Positions 8,579 through 17,453 of a stretch of DNA of 26,510 nt are shown one piece after another. The stretch covers positions 1-26,510 of the forward strand of contig JBBQRQ010000070.1 of assembly GCA_038214755.1 (NCBI GenBank), given 5' to 3'. Position 1 is the first letter of the stretch, and each line of letters begins with the position of its first letter. Below the pieces are notes generated by a model. That model saw only the letters and a list, made by a program, of their open reading frames with translations. It was not told where the DNA came from and did no database searches. This DNA is from Verrucomicrobiota bacterium (lineage in GTDB: Bacteria; Verrucomicrobiota; Verrucomicrobiia; Limisphaerales; CANJXF01). The translations under genes and the position numbers were made by a program.

Positions 8579-10378
8579 TTACTGCAGGCTCACCAGCACC
8601 AGCACCATGCCTTTGCCTTCGGCCAGTGCGCTCATGGCCTTGCCGATGATGGCGCCTTGGGCTTTGGTGGAATTGGTGACTTTCATGCAGTGACTGGGCG
8701 TGGCGGAGGTGGTGAGCAGGTCGCCGGGATTGATGGAGGATTCCGAAGCATCGGCTAAGGCATAGACACGTCCGCTCAAGGCCACGTTCTGACCGCCTTC
8801 GAGGAGACCTTCTTGGTGCATGCTGATACCGGGATTGACTCCGTTGGCGCCGCTGATGATGCCAGCCACGCGCGAGTCAAACACATGCTCGCTCAACTTG
8901 AGCTTGCCGGGATGCTCTTCATCAATCACCACCACGGAGCCAGCCGCCATATTAGTGGACGACATGTGGAATGGTTCGGAAAGATCACACCCACCTGTGA
9001 TTGTCAGGGTGCAAACACTGGCATCGCCATTGACGCGCAGCTTCGATGTGGGGTAGCTTGTCCCCGTTCCAATTCCCACGTTGCCGGTTACCGTATCAAA
9101 GGTCAGACCCCAGCCCGAGCCTCCTCTGGGATCGTTTCCGTAAAAACCAATCCGGGTAGGATCGAGGACCCCAACAAATCCAATATCTGCCACTCCACCG
9201 GAGCCAAAGCCATGGGCCGTGTTGAACCAGAGCCCGGCCGTACCGTTCCCGTCACGGATCCGTGATCGGCCCACGACATCCAGCGCGTACCCCGGGGTGG
9301 TCGTCCCGATGCCGACGTTGCCGCTCACAGAAATCCCTCCCGTGAATCCTGCTGCCTGCCCACCGGCCAAAACAACGTCGGTCCCGGTGAAGTCGTTGTG
9401 GGCATGGAATGGAAGCCCGTAGCTGTGGCAATACAATGCTGTCCCGTCCACAGAGCCTGCAGTCAGCACAATATTCCCCGGATTACCTTGGTCATTTGGG
9501 GAGGCAATTATGTTTCCATTAACTTCCAGTTTCGCGCTGGGGATCGTCGTGCCGATGCCGACGTTGCCGGACTGCGTGATCGTCATCCGGTTGTTGAGCG
9601 TCAATGGAGTTCCCGCGCTGCCACTTGGAGCCGTGCGGAATTCGATGCCGTTGTAGCCGAGTCGGATTGAAGCAGCCTTATCGCCTTTAAAATAAGTATA
9701 AATGTCGCTCGCCCCCGTGTACCCTACGTTGTATCCAATTTCATCGTACTGGCCGCCCGACCTTCCGATTGTCATGTTGTTCCCCAGTTTAGTGTTACCC
9801 GCGACGTTCAGCTTGAAAGGCCCGGGCGTAGCTGTGCCGATGCCGACATTTCCACTCGATGCTACGAGTTGGTTTCCACCCAAAATCAGTCCATCTGCCG
9901 GTAGGTTCAACGCGCCGGTCATGGTATCTCCGGCCTTGGCCACATACGCAGTCGCGCCTTGTCCTCCAAGTTGCGCCGCATTTCCCGCATAGATGGCATA
10001 GGGCGTGGGCGTGAGTGCCTGTCGGGGATTGAGCGTGGTGTAAGTGCCCACACCGTTCGTCCGCACGCTGATTTGCAGCCAGCGCGCCGGGCCGGTGAAG
10101 ACGCCAGTGCCAAAGTCCAGCGTGACGGTGAACAAGCCGTTGCTGACAGCCACGGCATTGGCGTTGTTCGGATTCGGACTGCCATAACTGCTCCCTGTAC
10201 CGACAGAGGCAGTGTCGAAGACCTGGAATTGGAAGTCGTAAGAGCCGTTGTTGGTGGAATTGTCTCCGACGCTCAGGCGGCCTTGGTAGGAGAACGCAGT
10301 GCCTTGGGCAGCGACGAACTGGGTCCCGCCCAGAACGAGCGCAAGTTTGAATAGTGTAATGAGTATTTTTCTTTTCAT
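8579..10378 (-). CDS. Secreted phage-tail-fibre-like trimeric protein with a C-terminal intramolecular-chaperone-type (peptidase G2-like) domain, ~599 aa
   Basis: Signal peptide from ATG 10378, N-terminal AFSYQGRL domain, four GNVGIGT repeats, C-terminal GGCDLSEPF...RVAGIISGA...VALSGRV...PGDLLTTS...IIGKAM. Confidence 0.8.
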   Translation of the reverse strand: MKRKILITLFKLALVLGGTQFVAAQGTAFSYQGRLSVGDNSTNNGSYDFQFQVFDTASVGTGSSYGSPNPNNANAVAVSNGLFTVTLDFGTGVFTGPARWLQISVRTNGVGTYTTLNPRQALTPTPYAIYAGNAAQLGGQGATAYVAKAGDTMTGALNLPADGLILGGNQLVASSGNVGIGTATPGPFKLNVAGNTKLGNNMTIGRSGGQYDEIGYNVGYTGASDIYTYFKGDKAASIRLGYNGIEFRTAPSGSAGTPLTLNNRMTITQSGNVGIGTTIPSAKLEVNGNIIASPNDQGNPGNIVLTAGSVDGTALYCHSYGLPFHAHNDFTGTDVVLAGGQAAGFTGGISVSGNVGIGTTTPGYALDVVGRSRIRDGNGTAGLWFNTAHGFGSGGVADIGFVGVLDPTRIGFYGNDPRGGSGWGLTFDTVTGNVGIGTGTSYPTSKLRVNGDASVCTLTITGGCDLSEPFHMSSTNMAAGSVVVIDEEHPGKLKLSEHVFDSRVAGIISGANGVNPGISMHQEGLLEGGQNVALSGRVYALADASESSINPGDLLTTSATPSHCMKVTNSTKAQGAIIGKAMSALAEGKGMVLVLVSLQ

Positions 10379-10385
10379 AGGTTTC

Positions 10386-10526
10386 TTATAGTTTGGTTGA
10401 TTGTTGATGTTCAATGCCGTTGTCCGCCGACGCGGTGAGGACCAGGGCCAGCGAAGCTGAGGTTAATATCTGCCTTCGGCCGCGAGTCGGCCCCCATTTC
10501 TCGGTTAGTTGCGTATGAGTAGTCAT
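10386..10526 (-). other. 46-aa ORF (signal-peptide-like stub) between the promoter motif and the fibre gene
   Basis: MTTHTQLTEKWGPTRGRRQILTSASLALVLTASADNGIEHQQSTKL*; stop ends 7 nt before the fibre ATG. Confidence 0.35.
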
Positions 10527-10650
10527 GGATTGTTTGTTTTATTTAGGTATGTTCACACCATTTTTTAGTGGTTTGTGGGCGGGCCAGAAAAACGAGCCGG
10601 TTATAATCAGGCAGACTGTAGAACAGATTGTTTTCATCGCTTCACTGATA

Positions 10651-10678
10651 TACCTAAGCGAAGCGGGAAAAATGTTAC
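10651..10678 (-). promoter_or_regulatory. Putative ECF-sigma promoter (GTAAC-N14-GCTTAGGTA) of the secreted-protein operon
   Basis: Minus strand GTAACatttttcccgcttcGCTTAGGTA; identical boxes and spacing recur at 14717-14744. Confidence 0.7.
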
Positions 10679-10841
10679 GGAGAATTTTCCGGAGCTGGAG
10701 CGAGCTGTTTTCTTGTAGATGGACGCGGGTTGCAGCTTGGAAACAAACGATGAGGCACGAAACCTCCTTAGTTCATGACAAACGGCCGCACTTGAGAATG
10801 CGACTAGCCTCGTTTAGCTATGGTTTTTCGGGATCCTGTTT

Positions 10842-11130
10842 TTAATCGTCTCCTTGATGATAAGGAAGATTCGATTCGTAGAGGCTTAACCGGAAGGTCA
10901 TCCCTGGCTTCAATTTCTGATTATTCAAAAGGCTGACGGCTTCCTTCTGAACACTCGACGCCCTTCCGAACTTACCGGCCTCCGCGCATGCAGCCGCCAT
11001 CGCGTCAAGCGAACCAGCGTCTTTGCTTCGCTTGACGCCGCCATTTTTGCACGTAACGAAAGGCTCGCCGTCCGTCGCGGATTTCGGGATCCAAGCAGGT
11101 CGCCAATAGCCTGGCAATCCGGTTTTCGTG
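10842..11130 (-). pseudogene. Frameshifted C-terminal relic of a TPR-type (kinase-associated) protein
   Basis: One frame reads NRIARLLATCLDPEIRDGRRAF (cf. NxLAWLLATCxDxxxRDGxxA); the next frame reads LDAMAAACAEAGKF..A...QKEA...RLSLYESNLPYH. Confidence 0.65.
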
Positions 11131-11160
11131 CCGGCTTTTTTACAATAAACGCTCGTGAGA

Positions 11161-14100
11161 TTATTCGCTTGATGCACGAAGTAATGTGATCTCACCGCCA
11201 GGGGGGCCTTCTGTGCCACTACTGAAAGCCAGTTTGTTTCCGTCAGGTGAAAAAGCCACAGACCAATTCAACCCGAAGCTGCCTTTCAAAGTCATCAATT
11301 GCAGGCCGCTGGCCACATGCCATAGTCTTACTGTTCCATCCCAACTTGCCGTGGCGAGCGTTTTTGAATCCATCGAGAAGGCCAAGCCGTAAATTTCATC
11401 TTTGTGCGCCAGGAAAGTGAACCGCTGGGTCATCGTGGCCAGATCCAATAATTGCACCTCGTATTTCGCATTTGCCTGCGCAAGGAACCGGCCATCAGGA
11501 GATACCAGCACGCGCAGACTGGACCGGTTATAGGACGCCAGTTCCTGTCCATCGGCGACACGCCAAAACCGCAGCCGTGGTCCGCCAGTAATCAGTGTCT
11601 GGCTATCGGGCGTGAACGTTAGCGTGACGATGTTGTTGGTGATGCCGGGCAGACTCAAGCGTTCCTTGCGGGTGGCGAGATCGTACAACCGAACAGATTT
11701 ATCGCGCCAAGTGACGGCCAGCGTCCGGCCATCGGGCGACAATTCCTGCGCGATCGCGGAGGGTCGCTCGGATGGAGTTCCAGCGGGCGTCGGCCCTGGC
11801 GTTTCCCCGACATAACTCCAGTTGTTTGCGTCCCAGAAGTGGATGTTTCCTCGATAGCCCACGCTGACGAATATTTGTCCATCGGGCGAAAAGTTTGCTT
11901 TCAAGTCGTAGGAAACTGCGTTGGTCAAGCGACGCAGCAAAGAGCCCGATCCGACGTCCCAAACATTAATCGCATCTCCACCAGAAGCCAGATGTTTACT
12001 GTCCGGCGAGAACGCGAGAGAGTAGATGCCGAAAGTGGAGAGAGTCTGCGCCTCCTGCGACTGCGTCACGTCCCAAATCCGCACTCCACCGTCCCAGCTT
12101 CCAGAGGCAAGCCGTCGGCTATCGGGCGACCAGGCCAAGGAAACAATAGCATTGGTATGACCTCGTTAACGTGTCAGAGGACGTCCGCTTGCAGCATCCC
12201 ACATACGCACAATCCGGTCCGCCCCCGCTGTGGCCAGCCACCGGCCGTCTGGTGAAAACGCCACACACAGAATCGAACCGGGATCGTCAAACCGGGTCGT
12301 CGGCAGACGAAAGCTTTCTGCGTCAAAAATATTACTCCGCGCTCCATCCATAGTCTTAATGGTAGTGGGTCCGAGGCTTTGGATCATCGAAGAGAAACCG
12401 AGCAGCCTCAACTTGCCACTTACGAAAAAGGGGTTCCAACTCGCCACGCAAAGCTGTTTGTCGTCAATGGATGATGCCAGCGTTACCATGCCGGGGGGAA
12501 AGTTGGTGAAAGTGGCAACCATCTCGCCCTGTTCGAGATTGTAAAGTTTGATCGTACGGTTGTCGGAGGCGGCGAGACTCTTTCCGTCAGCCGCGAAAAC
12601 TGCGGTCCGAAGGTTATACGATTCTGGGGAGAGCTTCCGAAGCACGGTGCGATTGCGCCAGTCCCAAAGAACGAATCCGGGTCGCAAGGCCTCTGCGAGG
12701 TACCGTTGGCCAGGGGTGCCATGTCCCGACCCCGGCCGTCCGCAAGCCGTTAACAAGAATTGCCCGCCCGGCGAAAAGAGAACCAAACCGACCGAATTTG
12801 TGTCCTCCGAAAGAACCTGTGATGCGTGGCCCTCGCCTAAGTCCCAGATACGAACAGTACCGTCCGCACTACCCGTTACGACCGACTTCCCGTCCGGAGC
12901 GAAAGCCAGAGAGTTGATTGAGTTTTTGTGGCCCGTAATTTCCCTGAGGCCCGCACCGGTTGCCGCGTCCCAGATTCGCACTACGCCGTCATCGCCACCG
13001 CTGGCCACAATCTGGCCATCAGGCGAAAATGCCAACGTTCGAACGAAACCTGTATGGCCTGTGAGATTTAAGAGTTCGCTGTGACATAACCGCCACAGGT
13101 AACGCCACTCGAAACCGCGCAAATCTTCCATGCCACGATTAGGGCGAAGGCCGTTGAGGATTTGCTCCACCCGGGCCACGTCGCCTTCGTCAAAGAGTTG
13201 CTGTGCCAAATGAATGTTTGCCGCATACAACCGCCGCCTTTCCGCAGTGGCAACATCCTCGGCAGTCCGCCGTAGTTGCTCTGCTTTCTCGCGCTGCTTC
13301 GTCTCGGCAAGAGCGCTCTGTTGCGCGCGTTGTTCTGCCACTACCGCACGCTGACGTGCCACTTTTTCTTTGAAGAACATCCACGTCGAAACGGTGAGTC
13401 CGACGATGAGCGCGGCAGTCACTGCAGTGGCGGCGGCGAAGGCGAGTCTGTTTCGGCGAACTGATTTCTGGAAGCGATAGAGATTGCTCGGCGGACGCGC
13501 CAACACGGCCTCGTTTTCCAAATGACGCCGAATGTCTGCCGCCAGTCCATTAGCCGTTTCATAACGCCGCGTGCGATCTTTCTCCAGCGACTTCATCACG
13601 ATCCAATCCAGGTCGCCCCGCAGAAGATGAATCAGCTTTGGCGCGTCGGACTGACGGTGCCTGGCAACAGTGGTGAGGTCAGCCGCGAGCATGGTGCTTA
13701 AGCAGGTCGAAGGGCGCGCTGGTTCTTTTTCGCGGATGGTGCGGCGCATTTCGTCCAGCCCGGCAGCGATGAGTTCCTTCGCATCGAAGGGAGTTTTGCC
13801 CGTAAGTAATTCGTAGAGGAGCACGCCAAGCGCGTAGATGTCGCTGCGCGTGTCAATATCCAGCCCACTCATCTCGGCTTGCTCCGGACTCATGTAGGCG
13901 GGCGTGCCGATGAACTGATGTAGTTCGGTATAGACGGTCATGTCAGTCAGGCGGCCCTCAGTTGCTTTGGCGATGCCGAAGTCAATCACCTTAGGCACGG
14001 GCACACCATCGTGCAGCGTGACGAGGATGTTCGACGGCTTAATGTCGCGGTGAATGATTCCCTTCTGATGCGCGTGTTGAATGGCCTGACAAACTTGCGT

Positions 14101-14664
14101 GAAAAGTTTCAGGCGTTCTTCCGTGGGAAGATTATTCTGGTCGCAGTAGTCGGTGATGCGAATGCCTTTGACCAACTCCATCACGAAGTAAGGCCGGCCA
14201 GTATCAGTCGCACCGGCATCGAGCACTTTCGCGATGTTCGGATGGTCCATCATCGCCAGCGCCTGTCGTTCCGCTTCGAAGCGGGCGATGACTTGTTTGG
14301 TGTCCATCCCGAGCTTGATGACTTTGAGCGCGACGCGGCGGCGAACCGGCTCTTCCTGTTCGGCGACGTAAACAACCCCGCAACCACCTTCGCCGATTTT
14401 CTCGCGCAATTTGTAGCGGCCAATTTTATCGCCCGGTTTTTCAATGGGCGACACAGGAAGAATAATGGTATGGGACGGCACCGAGTCGGTTGGGGAACCG
14501 GGCGAAGCTATCGCATGTTCGTGAGCCACGAGTAGCGCATCCACGAGGTGGCGGAGGGTAAGGTCACCGGCGCAAATTTCGTCAAGAAAAGCAGTGCGCT
14601 GCGCACGCGGTCTTCCGAGCGCAGCGTCAACGATGGCATCTTCGGGCCGAAGCGGAGGACTCAT
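11161..14664 (-). pseudogene. Membrane Ser/Thr protein kinase with C-terminal WD40 repeats, interrupted by one in-frame TAA (12166-12168)
   Basis: GEGGCGVVY, VALKVIK, HRDIKPSN, DFG, GTPAYMSPEQ; TM helix LAFAAATAVTAALIVGLTVSTWMF; many GH...AFSPDG...D..VRIWD repeats; ORFs 12166-14769 and 11161-12138 are in the same frame; likely start ATG 14664. The kinase-containing part could still be translated. Confidence 0.85.
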
Positions 14665-14716
14665 AGACTTAACTGCATCATCACCGCCAGATCGCTGGTT
14701 CGTGGCTTCATCTGGG

Positions 14717-14744
14717 TACCTAAGCATTATTGCAAAAACGTTAC
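14717..14744 (-). promoter_or_regulatory. Putative ECF-sigma promoter (GTAAC-N14-GCTTAGGTA) of the kinase gene
   Basis: Minus strand GTAACgtttttgcaataatGCTTAGGTA, ~50 nt upstream of ATG 14664; matches 10651-10678. Confidence 0.7.
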
Positions 14745-14790
14745 ACGATTTCGCAGTCAACCCCACCACCGTTCGCGCGAGCTCTTAAAC

Positions 14791-14862
14791 TGTAGGAGAC
14801 GACGTAAGGAGGCTCTAATTTTCGACCTGAAGAGAATGAGTTTCCTAACGTCGTCTCCTACA
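14791..14862. repeat. GTAG-type REP-like palindrome between the sigma factor and kinase genes
   Basis: tgtaggagacgacgtaagga (14791-14810) / tcctaacgtcgtctcctaca (14843-14862), 1 mismatch in 20 bp; same GTAG....CGACGT.AGGAGGC pattern as 2532-2604. Confidence 0.85.
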
Positions 14863-14876
14863 CTCATAGATTCCAC

Positions 14877-15626
14877 TCAGCTCAGGGCGCTGAAAAGGTA
14901 GCGAATCTCGTCATCAATCTCCTCCGGCCTTTCCACGGTGTTGGCAATCTCTAATCGCAAAAGCTCTCGATATCGCTGGCGCAAGCGATGGACGTTGACT
15001 CTGAGAGCGCCTTCGCTCACTTCCACCCGTCGGCTAATCTCAGCGTAAGAGGCGTGTTCGTCGTCACCGCTCAAAAACGGTTTTAGCTCTTTAAAAAACT
15101 GTCCTTTTCCCGCTGCTGCAAACTCTCCTTCGAGCGCAGCCATGACCTGACCAAGCAGCGTGTTCGCCCAACGGCGCTCGAATAACTTTTCCGGCGTCAT
15201 CGGGTCCACCGGTTCCAGCCGATAACGGTTTTCCGTGTCTTCGGCATCCAATGAAATAATTTGGTGGCCGCCGCCCCGCTTCAGCCGATTGGCCCGGTCC
15301 CATTCGTTGGCCAGAAAACGCTTGAGAGCCGTGAGAAGGAAGGAGCGGAACTTTCCCTTATCCACTTCGATTCCTTGCAAATAATTTTTCTCGAGTAAGC
15401 GCGCAAAAAATTCCTGAGTGAGGTCTTTAGCTTCCTCCGTCGGATGTCCCGAACGGCGGATATAAGTGTAGAGGGGATACCAATATGTCTGGCAAAGCTT
15501 GGCCAGAGCGGGATTCGCCCGTGCGTTGTCAGTGCGGGCCGCATTGAGGACGACACTCCAATGCGTGGTCTTAAACCAGCCATCTCCAGCAGAGGTTTCG
15601 CCGATATGTTGATCGAGTCGAGTCAT
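14877..15626 (-). CDS. ECF-type RNA polymerase sigma factor (PVC-type, Ser/Thr-kinase-associated), 249 aa
   Basis: FKTTHWSVV N-terminal motif, LCQTYWYPLY, AKDLTQEFF, GKFRSFLL (region 2), YAEIS...SEGALRVNVHRLRQRY (region 4 HTH); lies upstream of a kinase, no anti-sigma gene seen. Confidence 0.92.
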   Translation of the reverse strand: MTRLDQHIGETSAGDGWFKTTHWSVVLNAARTDNARANPALAKLCQTYWYPLYTYIRRSGHPTEEAKDLTQEFFARLLEKNYLQGIEVDKGKFRSFLLTALKRFLANEWDRANRLKRGGGHQIISLDAEDTENRYRLEPVDPMTPEKLFERRWANTLLGQVMAALEGEFAAAGKGQFFKELKPFLSGDDEHASYAEISRRVEVSEGALRVNVHRLRQRYRELLRLEIANTVERPEEIDDEIRYLFSALS

Positions 15627-15683
15627 ACGATCAGTAAGGGATGTCGGAGCCTAGACAATTCCCCACTGAATTGACAATCGAAT

Positions 15684-15917
15684 TTAAATCACTGCGCTTT
15701 CTGCTCGGAGTCGGCTGGTTGCGGATAGCTCACCCTTCATGGATAGCGCGTCTGCGATGCACCTGACTACGGAGACTACGCCATCAGGAGGTGAAATTTC
15801 GACTTCGCCATACCAGCGAATGCCTTCTTCAGAAAACTCGATGAGCCGCGCCGTTTCCGTAACGGTGGGATAGGGACTAATAGAGTGATAATCTTCTGGA
15901 GGCGGATTCACTTTCAT
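15684..15917 (-). pseudogene. Degenerate VOC/glyoxalase (PhnB-like) fragment
   Basis: MKVNPPPEDYHSISPY.TV..ARLIEF...PDG...IAD...M.GE resembles the P.GYH..TPYL.V..A...IEF N-terminus of VOC proteins, but is only 77 aa and decayed. Confidence 0.6.
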
Positions 15918-16040
15918 CAGAGTGATTTATTCATAAGCTGGAATCGCGCGCCCCGGTTGGCGGATGGAGGAGGATGGATTTGACCGCGCTGTTGTTATTT
16001 ACCGTTTGCGGAGTAGGGGCGGAAGTAACTAAAGCCGCAA

Positions 16041-16922
16041 TCAGGGACAAACGCGAACTCCAGGAATGACAGCATAGAACCGGCGTTGCACTGCCCCTCC
16101 TCGCACGCTCTCGTCCACAAAGACTCCTGGTTGCCTGACCCAGCCCAAGTTCGAGTTCGTATAATTGTTGGCGGAGCAGACATTGTATGGGAAGCGGGGA
16201 CTGTCCGAGGAAGCGAGGTAGCCGGGGATCGCCGTCGAGACGGCATTGTAGAAAAACAGCATTTCGCCCGTGGGCAGCAGTCTGGGTCCCCATACATAGA
16301 AGGGCGAGCCACCTCTTCCGGTGACGTTGACAGGCTGGGACCAAGTGACTCCCCCCTGCCGATCAGTGGCCTTGGCCACGAACGTATATTGGTCTTGTTG
16401 CGCGGGACGCCACCCGACCCCGTATGGCGAATTGGTTGCCGTCCCGATGAGGTTCGAATTTGCGAAATACTCTATTTGCGCAAGGTCCTCCGGGTTCGGC
16501 ACAGAAGCCTGCACCCAGGTGCCCCAAGACCAGGAGAAGACCGACCCGTCCACCGGTGTGTTGATAGTCAGAGCCGGTGGGGCGCCCGTCCAGGCGACGA
16601 CGGTGATTGTGCCGGCTCCGGCTTTTGTCCGGTAGGCAAAAAAGCCGGCATTGGTAAAGGTAAAGGAGAACGAGTCACCCGAGTTCAGTGCGGGACTTTT
16701 CCACTCGCCACCATAGCTCTCGACGTAGTTTGTCCCGGCGTTCTGAGGCCACTGGTTGACCCACACGACCGTGTCCCCCGCGTTCACCGCCAGGCTGTAT
16801 AGCCAGGAGCCATAGTGCAGGTCGTTGGTAATGGTCGAAGTCTCGGCCCGTTCGGGCAGCCCGAAGAGAAAGATAGCCGAAAAAAGAATGCAGATTGCGG
16901 CTTTGTCTTTTCCGCCCTTCAT
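16041..16922 (-). CDS. Secreted protein: cupredoxin-like domain, bacterial Ig-like domain and C-terminal ...RRFY domain, 293 aa
   Basis: Signal peptide; VNAGDTVVWVN...SPALNSGDSFSFTFTNAG.FAY...GTITV; P.LTINTP.DG...IEYFAN..LIGTAT.SPY...W...YT..AKATD. Confidence 0.8.
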   Translation of the reverse strand: MKGGKDKAAICILFSAIFLFGLPERAETSTITNDLHYGSWLYSLAVNAGDTVVWVNQWPQNAGTNYVESYGGEWKSPALNSGDSFSFTFTNAGFFAYRTKAGAGTITVVAWTGAPPALTINTPVDGSVFSWSWGTWVQASVPNPEDLAQIEYFANSNLIGTATNSPYGVGWRPAQQDQYTFVAKATDRQGGVTWSQPVNVTGRGGSPFYVWGPRLLPTGEMLFFYNAVSTAIPGYLASSDSPRFPYNVCSANNYTNSNLGWVRQPGVFVDESVRGGAVQRRFYAVIPGVRVCP

Positions 16923-16928
16923 AGCGCG

Positions 16929-16957
16929 AGATTACGCCTGAGGAAAAAGCCCGTCAA
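16929..16957 (-). promoter_or_regulatory. Putative sigma70 promoter, likely leaderless transcript
   Basis: Minus strand TTGACG-N17-TAATCT ending 6 nt before ATG 16922; no SD. Confidence 0.45.
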
Positions 16958-16983
16958 TCCAAGACGTGTGACTTTCGCGGCGC

Positions 16984-17013
16984 AAAAAGGCGGCCTCCGT
17001 CGCCGGAGGCCGC
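16984..17013 (-). terminator. Rho-independent terminator-like hairpin
   Basis: 10-bp perfect GC stem gcggcctccg/cggaggccgc with a 4-nt loop, followed by CTTTTT on the minus strand. Confidence 0.6.
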
Positions 17014-17064
17014 TGGCTTCAATCTCAGGTCACGTCCGTTACGCGCCGACGGTGGCGCTCAACA

Positions 17065-17157
17065 GATAGGAATTTGCTTTTGACGCTCCGCGCGGAGAAA
17101 GGTTCCGTTCTCAGGAGCCGGTGTCCATTGTGTTCCGTGGTATTTCAACACCGAGCC
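17065..17157. mobile_element. Possible IS91/ISCR-family oriIS-like end (no transposase)
   Basis: GATAGGAATTT at 17065 (minus strand AAATTCCTATC) resembles the oriIS terminal motif; 12-bp palindrome ctccgcgcggag at 17086-17097; abuts a 5'-truncated gene. Confidence 0.4.
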
Positions 17158-17162
17158 ATTGG

Positions 17163-17453
17163 CCGGAGCATTGGCTGACGTTCAACAGCCGCAGCGTCCT
17201 CGGCGGCAGCCTTTTGGGGCAAAAGAAGTTCGCGGAAGCCGAACCACTCCTGGTTTCCGGCTATGAAGGCATGAAGCAGCGGGACGACAAGATTCCCGCC
17301 GCAAGCAAACCGCAATTGAAGGAAGCCCTTGAGCGCATGACACAACTCTACGAAGCCACGGGTCCATCTGACAAAGCGACTGAGTGGAAGGAAAAACTTA
17401 CCGACTTTAACAAGGCCGAAGTCGAGAAGAAGGGCGCTGCTTCCCCGCCATAG
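17163..17453 (+). pseudogene. 5'-truncated C-terminal TPR fragment of a Ser/Thr-kinase-type protein
   Basis: PEHWLTFNSRSVLGGSLLGQKKFAEAEPLLVSGYEGMKQR...LKEALER..QLYEATG..DKA.EWK, a typical C-terminus of PVC kinase-TPR proteins; no upstream body. Confidence 0.75.

Noticed and set aside
8579..10378. Prophage tail gene
   Set aside because: It has a Sec-type signal peptide, and there are no capsid, terminase, baseplate or integrase genes in the window
12166..12168. Genome-wide TAA reassignment or selenocysteine/pyrrolysine recoding
   Set aside because: TAA terminates other genes normally (3366, 5932, 8579); Sec and Pyl use TGA and TAG
16990..17157. Structured ncRNA (6S-like or riboswitch) ending at the terminator
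   Set aside because: Only weak end-to-end pairing and no recognisable conserved motif; an Rfam search would be needed
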